From Rhynchopus sp. YZ270_cl-10 (taxonomy: Eukaryota): a stretch of 64,000 bases of DNA. The translations under genes were made by a program, and so were the position numbers. The notes beneath the pieces were generated by a model, which ran no database searches, had not been told where the DNA came from, and saw only the letters and a list, made by a program, of their open reading frames with translations. Numbering within the stretch: the stretch's first letter is position 1; each line of letters opens with the position of its first letter. Where the stretch lies: assembly GCA_964035575.1 (NCBI GenBank), contig OZ037843.1, forward strand, positions 1,612,001-1,676,000, given 5' to 3'. Shown here in pieces: positions 63,440-64,000 of this stretch.

Positions 63440-64000
63440 TTACTAGTAATAGACTTTGTTTTTTTTGTTTTTTGCATAAAATCGCAGCTTATATACGTGT
63501 GTCGCTTGCGATCAGTGATGAGGCGTTTTGCACTTTCAACTTCTCTTTTGTTTTGGTGAAAGCGAATAAGAAGTCAAAGTACAACGCAGTCATCCTCAAA
63601 AATAGAGTCAAAAATACGTCACCTCTCTAGTCTAGTTACAACAACACTAAGAAGCGAGAGGAGCCCCCAAGTTTGTTTTTTTTAAAGTCATTTTTTGTTC
63701 TTCCCCTTATTGCCAGTTGTGTGCACGTTCAGGAAGGCAACTTCCTCTTTAGCCCGTCCGTTAGGGAGTGGGTTGTGCATGCTCCGTTCCCTAACAAGGA
63801 ATGGTACAAAGGTTTTCACAAAGTAGCCTTCCTTCACCCAATGGGGTGTTGCCCTTCCCCTGAAACCCCCTGCAGCATGTTGTGCACGAAAGGCACATTC
63901 CATGTTACAATGTTACATTATCATCATCGTTGCTATTGTCTTCAGTCGCAGAGAGATACTAGTAAGGAGCGCCTCCCATACCTGCTAATCGAGAAACAAA

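Noticed and set aside
1..64000. tRNA, rRNA or spliced-leader RNA genes
   Set aside because: None was recognised by eye. tRNAscan-SE and Infernal would be needed to exclude them.

Overview
This is eukaryotic, repeat-rich DNA, most consistent with a euglenozoan protist, probably a diplonemid or relative (inference). The evidence is kinetoplastid-style cyclase motifs, eight intronless host genes all on the + strand, and pyrimidine-tract/AG sites before several ATGs. Abundant DNA transposons argue against a trypanosomatid. The main feature is a tandem array of five ~835-aa receptor adenylate cyclases. Each has an extra N-terminal helix, a GPCR-like 7TM domain (TM3 Cys followed by E-R with the Arg exactly 25 residues later, plus an ECL2 Cys), a HAMP-like linker, a complete class III adenylate cyclase domain and a second degenerate cyclase domain. 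The membrane sensor parts are divergent and mosaic, while the linker and catalytic parts are nearly identical at nucleotide level. Downstream are a 1644-aa mucin-stalk 7TM surface protein, an AAAP-family amino-acid transporter and a 1572-aa protein with toxin-like architecture. The spacers hold an intact hAT transposon, many non-autonomous DNA elements (hAT, PIF/Harbinger, Mutator-like, TA-flanked and a CAT..ATG/6-bp-TSD type), a truncated non-LTR retrotransposon, microsatellites, and several families of short hairpin-forming repeats oriented almost entirely in the gene sense. All assignments come from reading motifs by eye; no searches were run.
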